Source: an uncultured delta proteobacterium (GTDB taxonomy: Bacteria > Desulfobacterota > Deferrimicrobia > Deferrimicrobiales > Deferrimicrobiaceae). From it: 64,000 nucleotides of DNA. The notes beneath the pieces are model-generated. The model was not told where the DNA came from, made no database searches, and worked only from the letters and a program-made list of their open reading frames with translations. Every line of letters starts with the position of its first letter. Positions within the stretch are counted from its first letter, which is position 1. The stretch lies in the NCBI GenBank assembly GCA_963760885.1, contig CAVXEY010000007.1:136883-200882 (forward strand). The letters run 5' to 3'. Below, piece after piece: positions 46,496-56,467 of the stretch. The translations under genes were made by a program, and so were the position numbers.

Positions 46496-49061
46496 ATGCG
46501 AATCCGTCATTTCCACGTCCGACCGAACATCCCGAAGGAACTCGCTCCGCTCGAGGAGATCGCCCGGAACCTCTGGTTCTCGTGGAGCTGGGAGGCGGTA
46601 CAGCTCTTCATCCGGCTGAATCCCGTTCTCTGGGAGCAGGCGTACCAGAACCCGGTGCATATGCTCGGGTCGTTGCCGCAGGCGGACCTCGAAGCCGCCG
46701 CGAAGGACGAGAGCTTCGTCGCGAACCTCGAGCGGGTGTACCGGTCGTTCCAGGAGTACCGGAAGAGGACGTCGTGGTTCCAGGAGGTCCACCTCGCCGA
46801 GGCCGGCGCCCGGGTGGCCTATTTCTCCTGCGAGTACGGGATCGACGAGGGGCTCCCGATCTACTCCGGGGGGCTCGGAGTCCTCTCGGGCGACCACCTG
46901 AAGTCGGCATCCGACCTCGGGATCCCGCTTGTCGGCGTCGGGCTCCTGTACCAGAAGGGATATTTCCGCCAGGTGCTGTCGCTGGACGGGTGGCAGAAGG
47001 AGCTGTACCCGGACAACGACTGGTACAACATGCCGGTGGCGATGGAGAGGACGGCGGAGGACCGCCACCTGGAGATCTCGGTGGACATCGGCGACGAGGA
47101 GGTGAAGGCGCGCGTCTGGCGGGTCGACGTCGGCCGCACCCCCCTGTACCTGCTCGACAGCAACTTCAAGGCGAACTCCGTGCGCTCCCGGGAGATCACC
47201 TCGACCCTCTACGGAGGGGACCGGGACATGCGCATCCGGCAGGAGATCCTGCTCGGCGTCGGCGGAGTACGGGCGCTGAAGGCCCTCGGAATCGAGGCGA
47301 CCGTGTACCACATGAACGAGGGCCACTCCGCGTTCCTCATCGTGGAACGAATCCGCGACCTGATGGCGTCGCACGGCCTCACCTACGCGCAGGCGCGGGA
47401 GGTAGTGCTCGCGACCGGCGTCTTCACCACCCACACCCCCGTCCCCGCGGGGAACGAACGGTTCGATCCGGACCTGCTGCGAAAATACCTCGATTCGAAG
47501 ATCCGGTCGCTCGGGATTCCGTGGGAGGAGTTCCTCGCGCTCGGCCAGTTCGGCAATCCGCAATCGAAGGAGTTCGGGATGACGGTGTTCGCCCTTCGGT
47601 CGTCGGCGTTCGCGAACGGCGTGGCGAAGCTCCACGCCGAGACCTCCCGGGCGATGTGGAAGGATCTGTGGCCGGCGCTCCCCGAGGGGGAGGTGCCGAT
47701 CCGCGCCATCACCAACGGGATCCACACCCGCTCCTGGCTCAGCCACGAGATGGTAGAGCTGTACACGCGCTACTTCGGGCCGCGGTTCCTGGAGAAGCCC
47801 GCGGACCACGCGGTATGGGAGCGGGTGGAGGCGATCCCCCCCGTGGAGCTCTGGCGGACCCACCAGTCCCGCAGGGAGCGGCTCGTCTTCTTCGCCCGCA
47901 AACGGCTGAAAAACCAGCTCCGCCGCCAGGGCGCCGGGATTGGCGCTCCAGCGGGCGGCGGAGGAGGCGCTGAACCCCGAGGCGCTGACGATCGGCTTCT
48001 CCCGGCGGTTCGCCACCTACAAGCGGGCCAACCTGCTCTTCCGGCAGCCCGATCGGCTGATCCGGCTCCTGACGAACCCGGCCCGGCCGGTGCAGATCCT
48101 CTTCGCCGGAAAGGCGCACCCGCAGGATCTCCCGGCGAAGGAGATCATCCGGTCGGTCATCCATTTCGCGTCGGACCCGAGGATTCGCGACCGGCTGGTC
48201 TTCCTCGAGGATTACGACATCAACATGGCGAGGTACATGGTGCAGGGGGTCGACGTGTGGCTGAACAACCCGCGGCGTCCCCTGGAGGCGTCGGGGACGA
48301 GCGGGATGAAGGCGGCGGCGAACGGCGCGCTGAACGTGTCGATCCTCGACGGGTGGTGGGACGAGGGGTACTCCCCCGACCTCGGATGGGCGATCGGGAG
48401 CGGGGAGATGTACGGCGATCCGGAGGAGCAGGACCGGGTGGAGTGCGAGGCCCTCTACAGCCTCCTCGAGAACGAGATCGTCCCCCTGTTCCACGATCGG
48501 GACCGCGGGGGGCTGCCGCGCGCCTGGATCGCGATGATGAAGGCGTCGATCCGGAAGCTGGGCGCGTACTTCAACACCCACAGGATGATCCAGGAGTACA
48601 CGGAGACGTCGTACCTTCCCGCCCATCGCGCGGGTTCGCGGCTCTCCGGGAACGATTTCTCCGCCGCCCGGGAGTTGACCGAGTGGCGGGAGCGCGCAGC
48701 GTCGGCCTGGCCGGGGGTCACGATCCGGGTGGAGGAGACGCGGAAGCACAAGGATATGCGCGTGGGGGACACGGTGGGAGTCGCCATCCGCGTCCGCCTG
48801 GGGGGCCTCGCTCCCGCCGATGTCGCCGTCGAGATCCGGTACGGCTTCTACGACGCCGCCGGACAGGTGGGCATGGGGACCATCCTGTCGGCGCGGCACG
48901 ACGGGCGCGACGGCGACGAGGAGATCTACCGGGTGGAGATTCCGTGTGCGGGGAGCGGCCGGTACGGGTTCGCCGCGCGGGTTCTTCCGCGGCACCCGGA
49001 TCTCGCGAACATCCTCACCCCCCTGCGGATGACGTGGGAGGAGGCGGTTCCCGGCGTGTGA
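46496..49061 (+). CDS. glgP: alpha-glucan (glycogen/maltodextrin) phosphorylase, GT35 family (short-N-terminus type), apparently frameshifted near 47925-47945
   Basis: The N part contains CEYGIDEGLPIYSGGLGVLSGDHLKSASDLGIPLVGVGLLY. The C part, in another frame, contains GTSGMKAAANGALNVSILDGWWDE. Confidence 0.75.
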
Positions 49062-49770
49062 GCGCAGGTCCGCGGCGGTACGCTTCGGCGCATCGCGACG
49101 GCGTCCACCCGAGGAGGTAGCCGACCCGGAGGCGCCACATGAAAAGGATGGTCCGGAGGGGGCCCCACCCCTCCCAGCGCCGTCCCGACGTCTCCACGCG
49201 CAGCGGCAGCAGTACCGTCATTCCCGCCCGCCGCATGCGCCGCGACAGTTCGACGTCCTCCATGAGCGGGACCTCCGGGTAGCCGCCGAGGGAGCGGAAC
49301 GCCTCCGCCCGCACGAAGATCGCCTGATCGCCGGTGAACGCCCGCGTGACTCCCGCCCGCACCCCGATCATCCGCCCCGCGATCCCGAGCGTGGCACGGA
49401 CGTACCGGCCCGCGCCGGAGGACGGGGCCAGCCGGACACGGAAGGCGCCGCCGATCACCGCCGGGTCTCGCAGGGCGTCGAGCACGGAGGTCATGGATCC
49501 CGCGGGCAGGAGGGTGTCCGCGTGCAGGAAGAGGAGGACCTCCCCGCGGGCGACGGCCGCGCCCTGGTTCATCTGTACCGACCTCGCCCGCGACGCGGAG
49601 ATCACGGTATCCGCCGCGCCCCGCGCGATCTCCACCGTGCGGTCCCGGCTTCCCCCGTCGACGACTACCACCTCGCACGGCCCCGCCTCCCGGCACGACC
49701 GGATCGCCCGGGGGATCGACGCCTCCTCGTCCAGCGTGGGGATGACCACCGAAATCCCGGCGGGCATCAT
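49015..49770 (-). CDS. family-2 glycosyltransferase
   Basis: VVIPTLDEE...VVVDGGSRD...HADTLLP GT-A fold DxD pattern. The 3' end overlaps the glgP 3' end. Confidence 0.7.
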   Translation of the reverse strand: MMPAGISVVIPTLDEEASIPRAIRSCREAGPCEVVVVDGGSRDRTVEIARGAADTVISASRARSVQMNQGAAVARGEVLLFLHADTLLPAGSMTSVLDALRDPAVIGGAFRVRLAPSSGAGRYVRATLGIAGRMIGVRAGVTRAFTGDQAIFVRAEAFRSLGGYPEVPLMEDVELSRRMRRAGMTVLLPLRVETSGRRWEGWGPLRTILFMWRLRVGYLLGWTPSRCAEAYRRGPALTRREPPPPTSSAGG

Positions 49771-49818
49771 TTATTGCCCGCACGGGGAAGCGTGCGACGT
49801 GGAATCGAAAACGTTCAT

Positions 49819-50553
49819 CTATGCCGGGTCGTTTCCGCCCGGCGGAAGGAGCTCGCGGCCCTTGCGGATCCGCTTCAGGAGGGTCGGTAGGAAGAAGGAG
49901 AATGCGAGGAGGAGGACGGGGACGAGCAGGTCGAACGTCAAGAGGTCCGTCGGCCGCTGGTACGTGGCGAGGACATCCCTCATCGCCCCCACGAAGTAGG
50001 TGAAGATGAAGACGGGCGGAAGCAGGCCCAGCGCCGTTCCGAGGAGGTAGTCGCGGAACCGGATCCGCGTCGCACCGGCGGCGTAGTTGAGGACGATGAA
50101 GGGGAACCAGAAGATCCGCAGGTAGAAGATCACCGAAAACCCGTCCTCGGCCGCCTTCCGGTCGAGCCACGGCATCCTGGTCTCGAGGAACCCGCGGGCG
50201 ACCCCGTGAAGGAAGTACCTCCCGAGGTAGAAGGAGATCGACGCCCCGAGCGTGTCGGCCGCGAGGTTGTACAGCATCCCGTGGAACTTGCCGAAGATCA
50301 TCGCCCCCGCGATGGTGAACGGAGTGGCGGGGAGGAAGAGCGCCGCGGTGCTGTAGAGGAGGATGAAGAGCGCGGGACCGAGCGGTCCCGCCGCCTGGAC
50401 GAGGAAGTCCAGTTTTCCGACCAGCGCCTTCCTTCCCTCGTGCGTCCGGAACATGGCGCCCGTCGGGGTGAAGAACAGGAGGTACGCGACGCCCGCGGCG
50501 ATGAGGAGGAAAGCCGCGAACTTTAGGTAGTCCCTCCTCGTCCGTTCACGCAT
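49819..50553 (-). CDS. TVP38/TMEM64 (DedA-related) family membrane protein
   Basis: Characteristic PATPFTIAGAMIFG, LGRYFLHGV and YLRIFWFPFIVLNYAAG motifs. Confidence 0.75.
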   Translation of the reverse strand: MRERTRRDYLKFAAFLLIAAGVAYLLFFTPTGAMFRTHEGRKALVGKLDFLVQAAGPLGPALFILLYSTAALFLPATPFTIAGAMIFGKFHGMLYNLAADTLGASISFYLGRYFLHGVARGFLETRMPWLDRKAAEDGFSVIFYLRIFWFPFIVLNYAAGATRIRFRDYLLGTALGLLPPVFIFTYFVGAMRDVLATYQRPTDLLTFDLLVPVLLLAFSFFLPTLLKRIRKGRELLPPGGNDPA

Positions 50554-50695
50554 GCCGGTGCCCTCGGGTCATCCCGGAATATTACACCACCGCGTCGGCT
50601 TGTGTGTCGAGTGTGTGGCGGGCAAAGGGTGGCTGCACGGTTGTGGCGCTGCTACAATGGAGCATTCCGCAATTATCCGGGAAGGGGGGACGGCC

Positions 50696-51355
50696 ATGCG
50701 AGGGAGCTGGATCGGGAAGGGGATCGCGCTGGTGCTGGTGGCGGCGGTGGGGGCGCTCTCCGCGGGGTGCTTCGGCAAGTTCCAGTTGACGCGCAAGGTG
50801 TACGACGTGAACCGGTCGATCGACGACAAGTACGTCCGCAGCGCGGCGACATGGGTCTTCGTCATCGTGCCGGTGTACGGGATCGCGGCACTGCTCGACC
50901 TGATCGTGTTCAACGTGATCGAGTTCTGGACGGGCGATAACCCCGTCGTCTCCGCGCCGGTGACCAGGGTGTACGCGCAGGGCGCCGCGAGGACGGTCCT
51001 CACCCTCTCCCGCGACGGCTCCGCGACGGTGGCGGTGATCGAGCGGTACGAAGGAGAGAAACTCGTCTCCACTCTCCGGGTCCGCGACGATGGAACCGGG
51101 AAGGTCACGGCGGTCGAGACGGCGGCGGGGAAGAAAGTCCGCGAGGTCGTCGCGGTCGCGGCGGCCGACGGGTCGATGGATGTAACGGTCTCCACGGCGG
51201 CGGGAGCGGGCACGGAGAGGTACCCTGCGCCGTCCGTCCGTGCGCAGGAAACGCGCGTGGCCCGGATCGCGTCGGAAGTCGCGCGGGCGTCGCGGGGCGC
51301 GGCGGGGACGATCCCACTGGCCGCCACCGCCCGGGTCCCGGCATACGGGGGCTGA
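50696..51355 (+). CDS. DUF3332-like lipoprotein
   Basis: Lipobox LSAGC followed by FGKFQLTRKVYDVNRSIDDKYVRSAATWVFVIVPVYGIAALLDLIVFNVIEFWTG. RBS GAAGGGGGGA. Confidence 0.65.
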   Translation: MRGSWIGKGIALVLVAAVGALSAGCFGKFQLTRKVYDVNRSIDDKYVRSAATWVFVIVPVYGIAALLDLIVFNVIEFWTGDNPVVSAPVTRVYAQGAARTVLTLSRDGSATVAVIERYEGEKLVSTLRVRDDGTGKVTAVETAAGKKVREVVAVAAADGSMDVTVSTAAGAGTERYPAPSVRAQETRVARIASEVARASRGAAGTIPLAATARVPAYGG

Positions 51356-51379
51356 AGCACGCGCATTATTGGAGGCGTC

Positions 51380-52840
51380 ATGAAATTTCGGGGCATTCCC
51401 CTGCGTGATCGGGGGCTGCAGTTCAAGCTCACGCTGGTCATGCTGATCCTCTTCGCCTGCTCCCTCGGGTCGGTGTACATCCCGTACATGTTCGGGCGGA
51501 ACGCGCTGAAGAGGGACCTCGAGAACAGCTTCCTCGAACTTTCCAACGCGATCAGCGTCAGCGTCGACCAGTTGACGACGCCGGGGGTCTCCGAGGAGGA
51601 CCGCCTGTACCATTACGTGGAATCGCTGAAGAAAACGGGGATCCGCGAGGTGTCGATCGTCGGCGAGGACATGGGCGTGATCGACAGCACCAACCTCAAG
51701 GCGATCGGCCGGCCGGCGAAGATCAGGCTGCCGCCCAAGAAACTGGTGATCAACGCGACGTTCGGGGATGATGCGGGGGAGAAGCTCCAGCCCCGGGACC
51801 TCGTGGTGCCGGTCAAGGTGGTGGGGGACACCCTCGGTTACATCCACATGCGATTGAAGATCGACGACTTCACCGAGCCGATCCGTCGGAACCTCTACCT
51901 GCGCCTCTTCAGCACCCTCCTCATCTTCTCGGGCGGGCTCGTCCTCGCGGTCATCATCTCCGCCCACTACGTATCCCCCGTGGTTCGGCTGGCGCACGCC
52001 GCCGAGACCGTGGCCGCCGGGGATCTTTCTCAGGAGCTTCCCGTCGAGGGGAACGACGAGGTGGGACGGCTCACCCGTTCCTTCAACGAGATGATCGTCC
52101 GGCTCCGGCAGAACCGGTCGCTCGAGGAGGCGGTACGGGAGAACCAGTACCTGACGCATCTCGGGAAGCTCTCGTCGGGAATGGCCCACGAGATCCGCAA
52201 CCCGCTCAACTTCATCGGGCTCGCGGTGGACCACCTCGACGCGATGACGGAGGGGAAAGGGTTCGAGGGGGAAGCGGAGAAATGCCAGGTGATCGGCCGG
52301 ATCAAGGAGGAGATCGGGCGCCTGAACGAGCTGGTGACCAACTTCATCCTCTACGGGCGTCCGCCCGAGCTGCAGCGCGCGGCCGTCCGGGTCCCCGAGC
52401 TCGCGGTCGGAGTGCTCCAGATGGCGGAGGAGCGTCTTCGCGCGCAATCGATCTCCTGCCGCACGGAGCTCGGGGACACCCGTGAGATCAACGCCGATCC
52501 CGACATGCTGCGGAGGGCGCTGGTGAACCTGGTGGGGAACGCCATCGACGCGATGCCCAACGGCGGAACCCTGTCCGTTTCCGCGGGACCCCGGCCCGAC
52601 GGGAGATACTCCGTCGTCGTGGAGGATACGGGTGTCGGAATCCCGGCGAAAGAACGGGAAAGGATCTTCGAGCCGTACTTCACCACCAAGGTGTCCGGGC
52701 TGGGGCTCGGGTTGGTCCTCACGAAGAAGATCGTCGACGCCCACGGGGGGGAGATCTTCGTGGATTCCGCCCAGGGGAAGGGGACGCGGATCGAGATTGC
52801 GCTTCCGGCGGGGTCCCTCGCGGGGGGGGCGCCCGGATGA
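51380..52840 (+). CDS. sensor histidine kinase (2 TM - HAMP - HisKA - HATPase), NtrB/ZraS-like
   Basis: HAMP (AAGDLSQELPVEGNDEVGRLTRSFNEM). H-box LSSGMAHEIRNPLN. N/G boxes NLVGNAIDAM and GLGLGLV. Confidence 0.8.
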   Translation: MKFRGIPLRDRGLQFKLTLVMLILFACSLGSVYIPYMFGRNALKRDLENSFLELSNAISVSVDQLTTPGVSEEDRLYHYVESLKKTGIREVSIVGEDMGVIDSTNLKAIGRPAKIRLPPKKLVINATFGDDAGEKLQPRDLVVPVKVVGDTLGYIHMRLKIDDFTEPIRRNLYLRLFSTLLIFSGGLVLAVIISAHYVSPVVRLAHAAETVAAGDLSQELPVEGNDEVGRLTRSFNEMIVRLRQNRSLEEAVRENQYLTHLGKLSSGMAHEIRNPLNFIGLAVDHLDAMTEGKGFEGEAEKCQVIGRIKEEIGRLNELVTNFILYGRPPELQRAAVRVPELAVGVLQMAEERLRAQSISCRTELGDTREINADPDMLRRALVNLVGNAIDAMPNGGTLSVSAGPRPDGRYSVVVEDTGVGIPAKERERIFEPYFTTKVSGLGLGLVLTKKIVDAHGGEIFVDSAQGKGTRIEIALPAGSLAGGAPG

Positions 52841-54195
52841 AGGGGACCGTCCTCGTCGTAGACGACGAGCGGAACCAGCGGGAGATCCTCGGCGCGATTC
52901 TCAAAAGTGAAGGGTACTCCCCGGTGCTGGCCTCCGGGGGCGTGGAGGCGCTGCGGCTCCTCGAGCGGGAGGCTGTCGACCTCGTGATCACCGATCTCGT
53001 CATGCCGGGGATGACGGGGGAGGAGCTGATCGACGCGATCCTCGCCCGCAACCCGGGGATGCCCATCCTGCTCAGCAGCGCCTACGGCACGATCCAGACG
53101 GCGGTCGACGCGATCAAGAAGGGGGCGTACTACTTCTTCGAAAAGCCGGTCGACCGGGCCCGCCTGCTGATCATCATCGAACGGGCCATCGAGAACCTGC
53201 ACCTGCGCGAGTCCCATCGGGTGCTGTCGGAGAAGCTCTTCCCCGGCGCCGTTCCGATCCTCGGCGAGCACGCGGCGATCCGCGAGATCAAGCGGATCCT
53301 GCCGCGCGTCGCGAGGAGCGAGAGCACCATCCTCCTCACCGGCGAAAGCGGCACGGGGAAGGAGGTGATCGCCCGCAGCGTCCATTCCATGAGCGGCCGC
53401 AGCGCCGCCCCGTTCCTCGCGGTCAACTGCGCCTCTCTCCCGGACACCCTGTTCGAGAGCGAGCTGTTCGGCCACGAGCGCGGGGCGTTCACCGGCGCGG
53501 TGCGCCGGGAGATCGGTCTCTTCGAGGCCGCGGGAGGGGGTACGATCTTCCTCGACGAGATCGCGGAGATCAAGCTGGAGACCCAGGCAAAGCTGCTGCG
53601 CACCTTGCAGGAAAAGGAGATCCGCCGGATCGGCGGGAAGGAGAACATCCCCGTCGATGCCCGGATCGTCGCCGCGACGAACCGGGATCTCGACGACGCC
53701 GTGCGGGAAGGAAAGTTCCGGGCGGATCTCTTCTACCGGTTGAACATCGTGAAGCTCACCCTCCCGCCGCTGCGGGACCGGATCTCCGACATTCCCCTCC
53801 TCGCGGAGCACTTCCTGGAGAAGCACGGGGAGAAGGGCGTCCCCCCGGTGGACGAGATCACGAAGGAGGCGATGCGGCTCCTGATGCGATACCCGTGGCC
53901 CGGGAACATCCGCGAACTTTCCTCCGTCGTCGAGCGTGCGGTCGTCCTCGCGGAAGGGGGGAAGATCGGGCCCGGCGAACTGCCTCTGGAACTGCGGGAG
54001 GGGGCGGATGCCGTCCCCGCGAAGTCGTTCGACCTTCCTCCCCAGGGGGTGGAGTTCGAGAAGGTCGAGGAGCATCTGCTCCGGCAGGCGTTGGCGCGTT
54101 CCGGGGGCGTTCACACCCGGGGTGCCGAGCTGCTCCGGATGAGTTACAAGGCGTACATCTACCGCCTGAAGAAGTTCGGGATTCTTCCTCCCTGA
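52837..54195 (+). CDS. sigma54-dependent response regulator (NtrC family: REC - AAA+ - HTH)
   Basis: REC domain Asp-containing LVITDLVMPGM. AAA+ GESGTGKE. GAFTGA motif (ESELFGHERGAFTGA). C-terminal Fis-type HTH. Confidence 0.85.
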   Translation: MKGTVLVVDDERNQREILGAILKSEGYSPVLASGGVEALRLLEREAVDLVITDLVMPGMTGEELIDAILARNPGMPILLSSAYGTIQTAVDAIKKGAYYFFEKPVDRARLLIIIERAIENLHLRESHRVLSEKLFPGAVPILGEHAAIREIKRILPRVARSESTILLTGESGTGKEVIARSVHSMSGRSAAPFLAVNCASLPDTLFESELFGHERGAFTGAVRREIGLFEAAGGGTIFLDEIAEIKLETQAKLLRTLQEKEIRRIGGKENIPVDARIVAATNRDLDDAVREGKFRADLFYRLNIVKLTLPPLRDRISDIPLLAEHFLEKHGEKGVPPVDEITKEAMRLLMRYPWPGNIRELSSVVERAVVLAEGGKIGPGELPLELREGADAVPAKSFDLPPQGVEFEKVEEHLLRQALARSGGVHTRGAELLRMSYKAYIYRLKKFGILPP

Positions 54196-54309
54196 TCGAT
54201 TCCCCAAATGGGGAATGCGTGCCTCCATTGGGGAGACAGGAGAGATAATCCTCTCGGGTGTTAATTTGCAACTTCAATGATTCCGAAGGGTTGTATCTTT
54301 CGGAGCGGT

Positions 54310-54326
54310 TGGCACCGTCCTTGAAT
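54310..54326 (+). promoter_or_regulatory. sigma54 (-24/-12) promoter candidate TGGCACcgtccTTGAA
   Basis: TGGCAC at -24, then 5 nt, then TTGA at -12 (the GC of consensus TTGC is GA here). Located 47 nt upstream of the Ala/Lys-rich ORF and downstream of the NtrC-family regulator. Confidence 0.5.
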
Positions 54327-54372
54327 AACCTATTCCCAAACACCCAAATACTCCCTTTGAGAGGGGACAGAA

Positions 54373-54798
54373 ATGAAGAGAATTTTTGCGGTAGTGATGG
54401 CAGTTGCGTTTGTGTTCTCGGTCGCGGGCTTCGCGGTCGCGGCGGAGAAGGCGGCGCCTGCGGCGGAGAAGTCGGCCACGGCGGCGGAGAAGGCTCCCGC
54501 GGCGAAGAAGGCTCCCGTGGCGAAGAAGGCGAAGTCCCACCAGATCACCGGCACGGTCGAGGCGGTCGACGCGGCGGCCGGCACCTTTACGGTGAAGGGC
54601 AAGAAGGGGAACGTGGACCTGAAGGCGGGCGACAAGGTCAAGCTGGGCGACGTCAAGGTCGGCGACAAGGTCGTCGTCAAGTATGCCGAAGGCACCGCTT
54701 CGTCCCTGAAGGCCGTGAAGGCTCACAAGGCGGCCAAGGCTGCGAAGAAGTCGGCCGTGAAGGCGGAGAAAGCGGCGGATGCGGCGGAGAAGAAGTAA
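54373..54798 (+). CDS. secreted Ala/Lys-rich small protein (signal peptide, AAEK-type repeats, central beta-rich domain)
   Basis: Signal peptide MKRIFAVVMAVAFVFSVAGFAVA. Repeats AAEKAAPAAEKSATAAEKAPAAKKAPVAKKAK. Core TGTVEAVDAAAGTFTVKGKKGNVDLKAGDKVKLGDVKVGDKVVVKY. RBS GAGAGGGGA. Confidence 0.65.
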   Translation: MKRIFAVVMAVAFVFSVAGFAVAAEKAAPAAEKSATAAEKAPAAKKAPVAKKAKSHQITGTVEAVDAAAGTFTVKGKKGNVDLKAGDKVKLGDVKVGDKVVVKYAEGTASSLKAVKAHKAAKAAKKSAVKAEKAADAAEKK

Positions 54799-54850
54799 CC
54801 CGTTTCTACCGGGTGGCGGTCCGGCCCCACAAGGGCTTTCCAAGGACCCG

Positions 54851-54887
54851 CGGGCGGGGGGACACAATCCCCCCGCCTTTTTATTTC
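54851..54887. terminator. bidirectional rho-independent terminator between convergent genes
   Basis: GCGGGGGGACACAATCCCCCCGC hairpin followed by CTTTTTATTTC. Confidence 0.6.
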
Positions 54888-55443
54888 AGCGATATTTCGC
54901 CATGTGCCCGGCGACCTTCCGGAGCGCCTCTTCCATTTTCACGCGGCATGTGGCCTCGTCCTGAAGGCAGTGCCGTTCCGCGTCCATCATCGTGGCCAGC
55001 CACCGTTGGCGGTCCCGGCGGAGCGTGCCGATCCACTGGTTGAACGCCTGCGCGAGCGGTTGGATCTGGTCGCCGCTCCGGAAGGAAACCGTCCGCGTGG
55101 CGGCGCCCGACCGATACTGGTCCAGGACCATTTCCATCCGGTACAACGGACCCGCTACCTTGTGGAGGATGTAGACGCAAAGCGCCGACGTCGAGCCGCA
55201 GGCCAGCAGCGCGTAAAGCAGGACGGAGACCGCGAGGATCGGCCGGAGGAACGGGGAGAGCTCGCGCAGGGCGTGAAAGACCCCCGCGTAGTCCCCGGGG
55301 AGGGGACGGGAGAGCGCGAAGTAGAGGATTACGAACAGGAGGCCCACCCCTCCCGCGGTGTTGACGCAGAGGCGGAGCAGGAGGCCGACGACATACCGGC
55401 GCTGGACCAGGGGGCCGTTGCCCGCCGCTTCGGGGCCGCTCAT
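54886..55443 (-). CDS. hypothetical 4-TM membrane protein
   Basis: ATGA-type overlap with the upstream gene. Hydrophobic segments VVGLLLRLCV..LLFVILYFAL, ILAVSVLLYALLACG. Confidence 0.45.
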   Translation of the reverse strand: MSGPEAAGNGPLVQRRYVVGLLLRLCVNTAGGVGLLFVILYFALSRPLPGDYAGVFHALRELSPFLRPILAVSVLLYALLACGSTSALCVYILHKVAGPLYRMEMVLDQYRSGAATRTVSFRSGDQIQPLAQAFNQWIGTLRRDRQRWLATMMDAERHCLQDEATCRVKMEEALRKVAGHMAKYR

Positions 55444-56009
55444 GGGGCGATCGTCCTGATTCGCTGTTTCAGTTCGTCCCATCGGAGCCGGAATTCCTCC
55501 TGGGACATCCCGCCCGCTGCGAGCGCCGTCGCCTCGCTCCGGATCTTCTGGACGGATTTGAGGGTATCGGAGCGCGCGGCGTCGATATTATTCCCGAACC
55601 GGTCGAACTCGCCGATGGGACACCTGCCGGTGGGTGTGGACAGGTCCCCGTCCGCCGACGCCCGCAGGGAGTCGACGGACTTGCCGATGCCTTGCCGGGT
55701 GGCGGCGACAAGGAGCAGGGTCAGGATCGAACCGATAAGAAAGACGCCGAAGAAGAGACCCGCCAGGTGCCAGGAGAGAAGATTCCGGACGATGTCGTAC
55801 GCGGAACCGAACGTGTAGTGCCCCCGGATGGCGGCGTGCAGGAAGACCCGCTGGAACTCGCCGTCGACCAGTTTCCAGAAGATCGCGCCCCCGATCGCGA
55901 TGACGGCGGCGAACGCCAACACCGCCGGCCCCTGGAAGCGGGGGTTTACAAAGCGGATCCTTACGAAGCGGATCCTGGGCCGGCTGCGTTGCAGGGCGGG
56001 GTTCCTCAT
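55440..56009 (-). CDS. membrane protein with 2 TM helices and a HAMP-like domain but no output domain
   Basis: AVLAFAAVIAIGGAIFWKL / LAGLFFGVFLIGSILTLLLVAA, then a HAMP-like GDLSTPTGRCPIGEFDRFGNNIDA. Start overlaps the cytochrome stop (ATGA). Confidence 0.5.
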   Translation of the reverse strand: MRNPALQRSRPRIRFVRIRFVNPRFQGPAVLAFAAVIAIGGAIFWKLVDGEFQRVFLHAAIRGHYTFGSAYDIVRNLLSWHLAGLFFGVFLIGSILTLLLVAATRQGIGKSVDSLRASADGDLSTPTGRCPIGEFDRFGNNIDAARSDTLKSVQKIRSEATALAAGGMSQEEFRLRWDELKQRIRTIAP

Positions 56010-56452
56010 CGTTTTCCGTGGCACGCTTCGCAAAGAACATCGAAACCGTGGTCCGGGCCGGATCTGCGCAGGAAGTACGACACGTATTGGCCGTGCGCCG
56101 TGTGGCAGGTCAGGCACATGATCCGGCCGTCGTCATCCATCGGGAAGTCGGCGGGCACCTTCATCTTCCGGAACTTCTCTTCCGGACGCACGTTCACGGG
56201 GTGGGAGCGTCCCAGGCTTCTCTTCGCGTGGCATTCAAGGCATATCTTGTCCGTTTCGGTAGAGAAGCGGTCGAAAGCCGGCTGCGAACCCCGGTAGAGG
56301 TGGCATTTCGGGCACTGGTCCGGGTTCCGGAAATACGCGTGAGGGTTCCCGCGCCGGGGTTCGTCGGAGGCGAAGAGGGCCGGGGCGAAGCAGAGAAGGC
56401 CGGCCAAGACCGCCAGCAGCCCCGCCCGGATGCATGCTCCCCGGATCTTCAT
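56006..56452 (-). CDS. small periplasmic tetraheme c-type cytochrome
   Basis: Signal peptide MKIRGACIRAGLLAVLAGLLCFAPALFA. Four CxxCH motifs (CPKCH, CLECH, CLTCH, CEACH). Confidence 0.7.
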   Translation of the reverse strand: MKIRGACIRAGLLAVLAGLLCFAPALFASDEPRRGNPHAYFRNPDQCPKCHLYRGSQPAFDRFSTETDKICLECHAKRSLGRSHPVNVRPEEKFRKMKVPADFPMDDDGRIMCLTCHTAHGQYVSYFLRRSGPDHGFDVLCEACHGKR

Positions 56453-56467
56453 CGCCTCCGGCGCCCC

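Noticed and set aside
50600-50695. TACAAT -10-like hexamer (50654..50659) upstream of the lipoprotein gene
   Set aside because: No acceptable -35 at 16-18 nt spacing (TTGTGG is only 6 nt away), so the evidence is too weak to call a promoter.
54373-54600. Possible CRISPR-like or tandem nucleotide repeat in the Ala/Lys-rich gene (GCGGCGGAGAAG... repeats)
   Set aside because: The periodicity is at codon level (AAEK peptide repeats) within a coding sequence that has a signal peptide. There is no repeat-spacer architecture and no cas genes.
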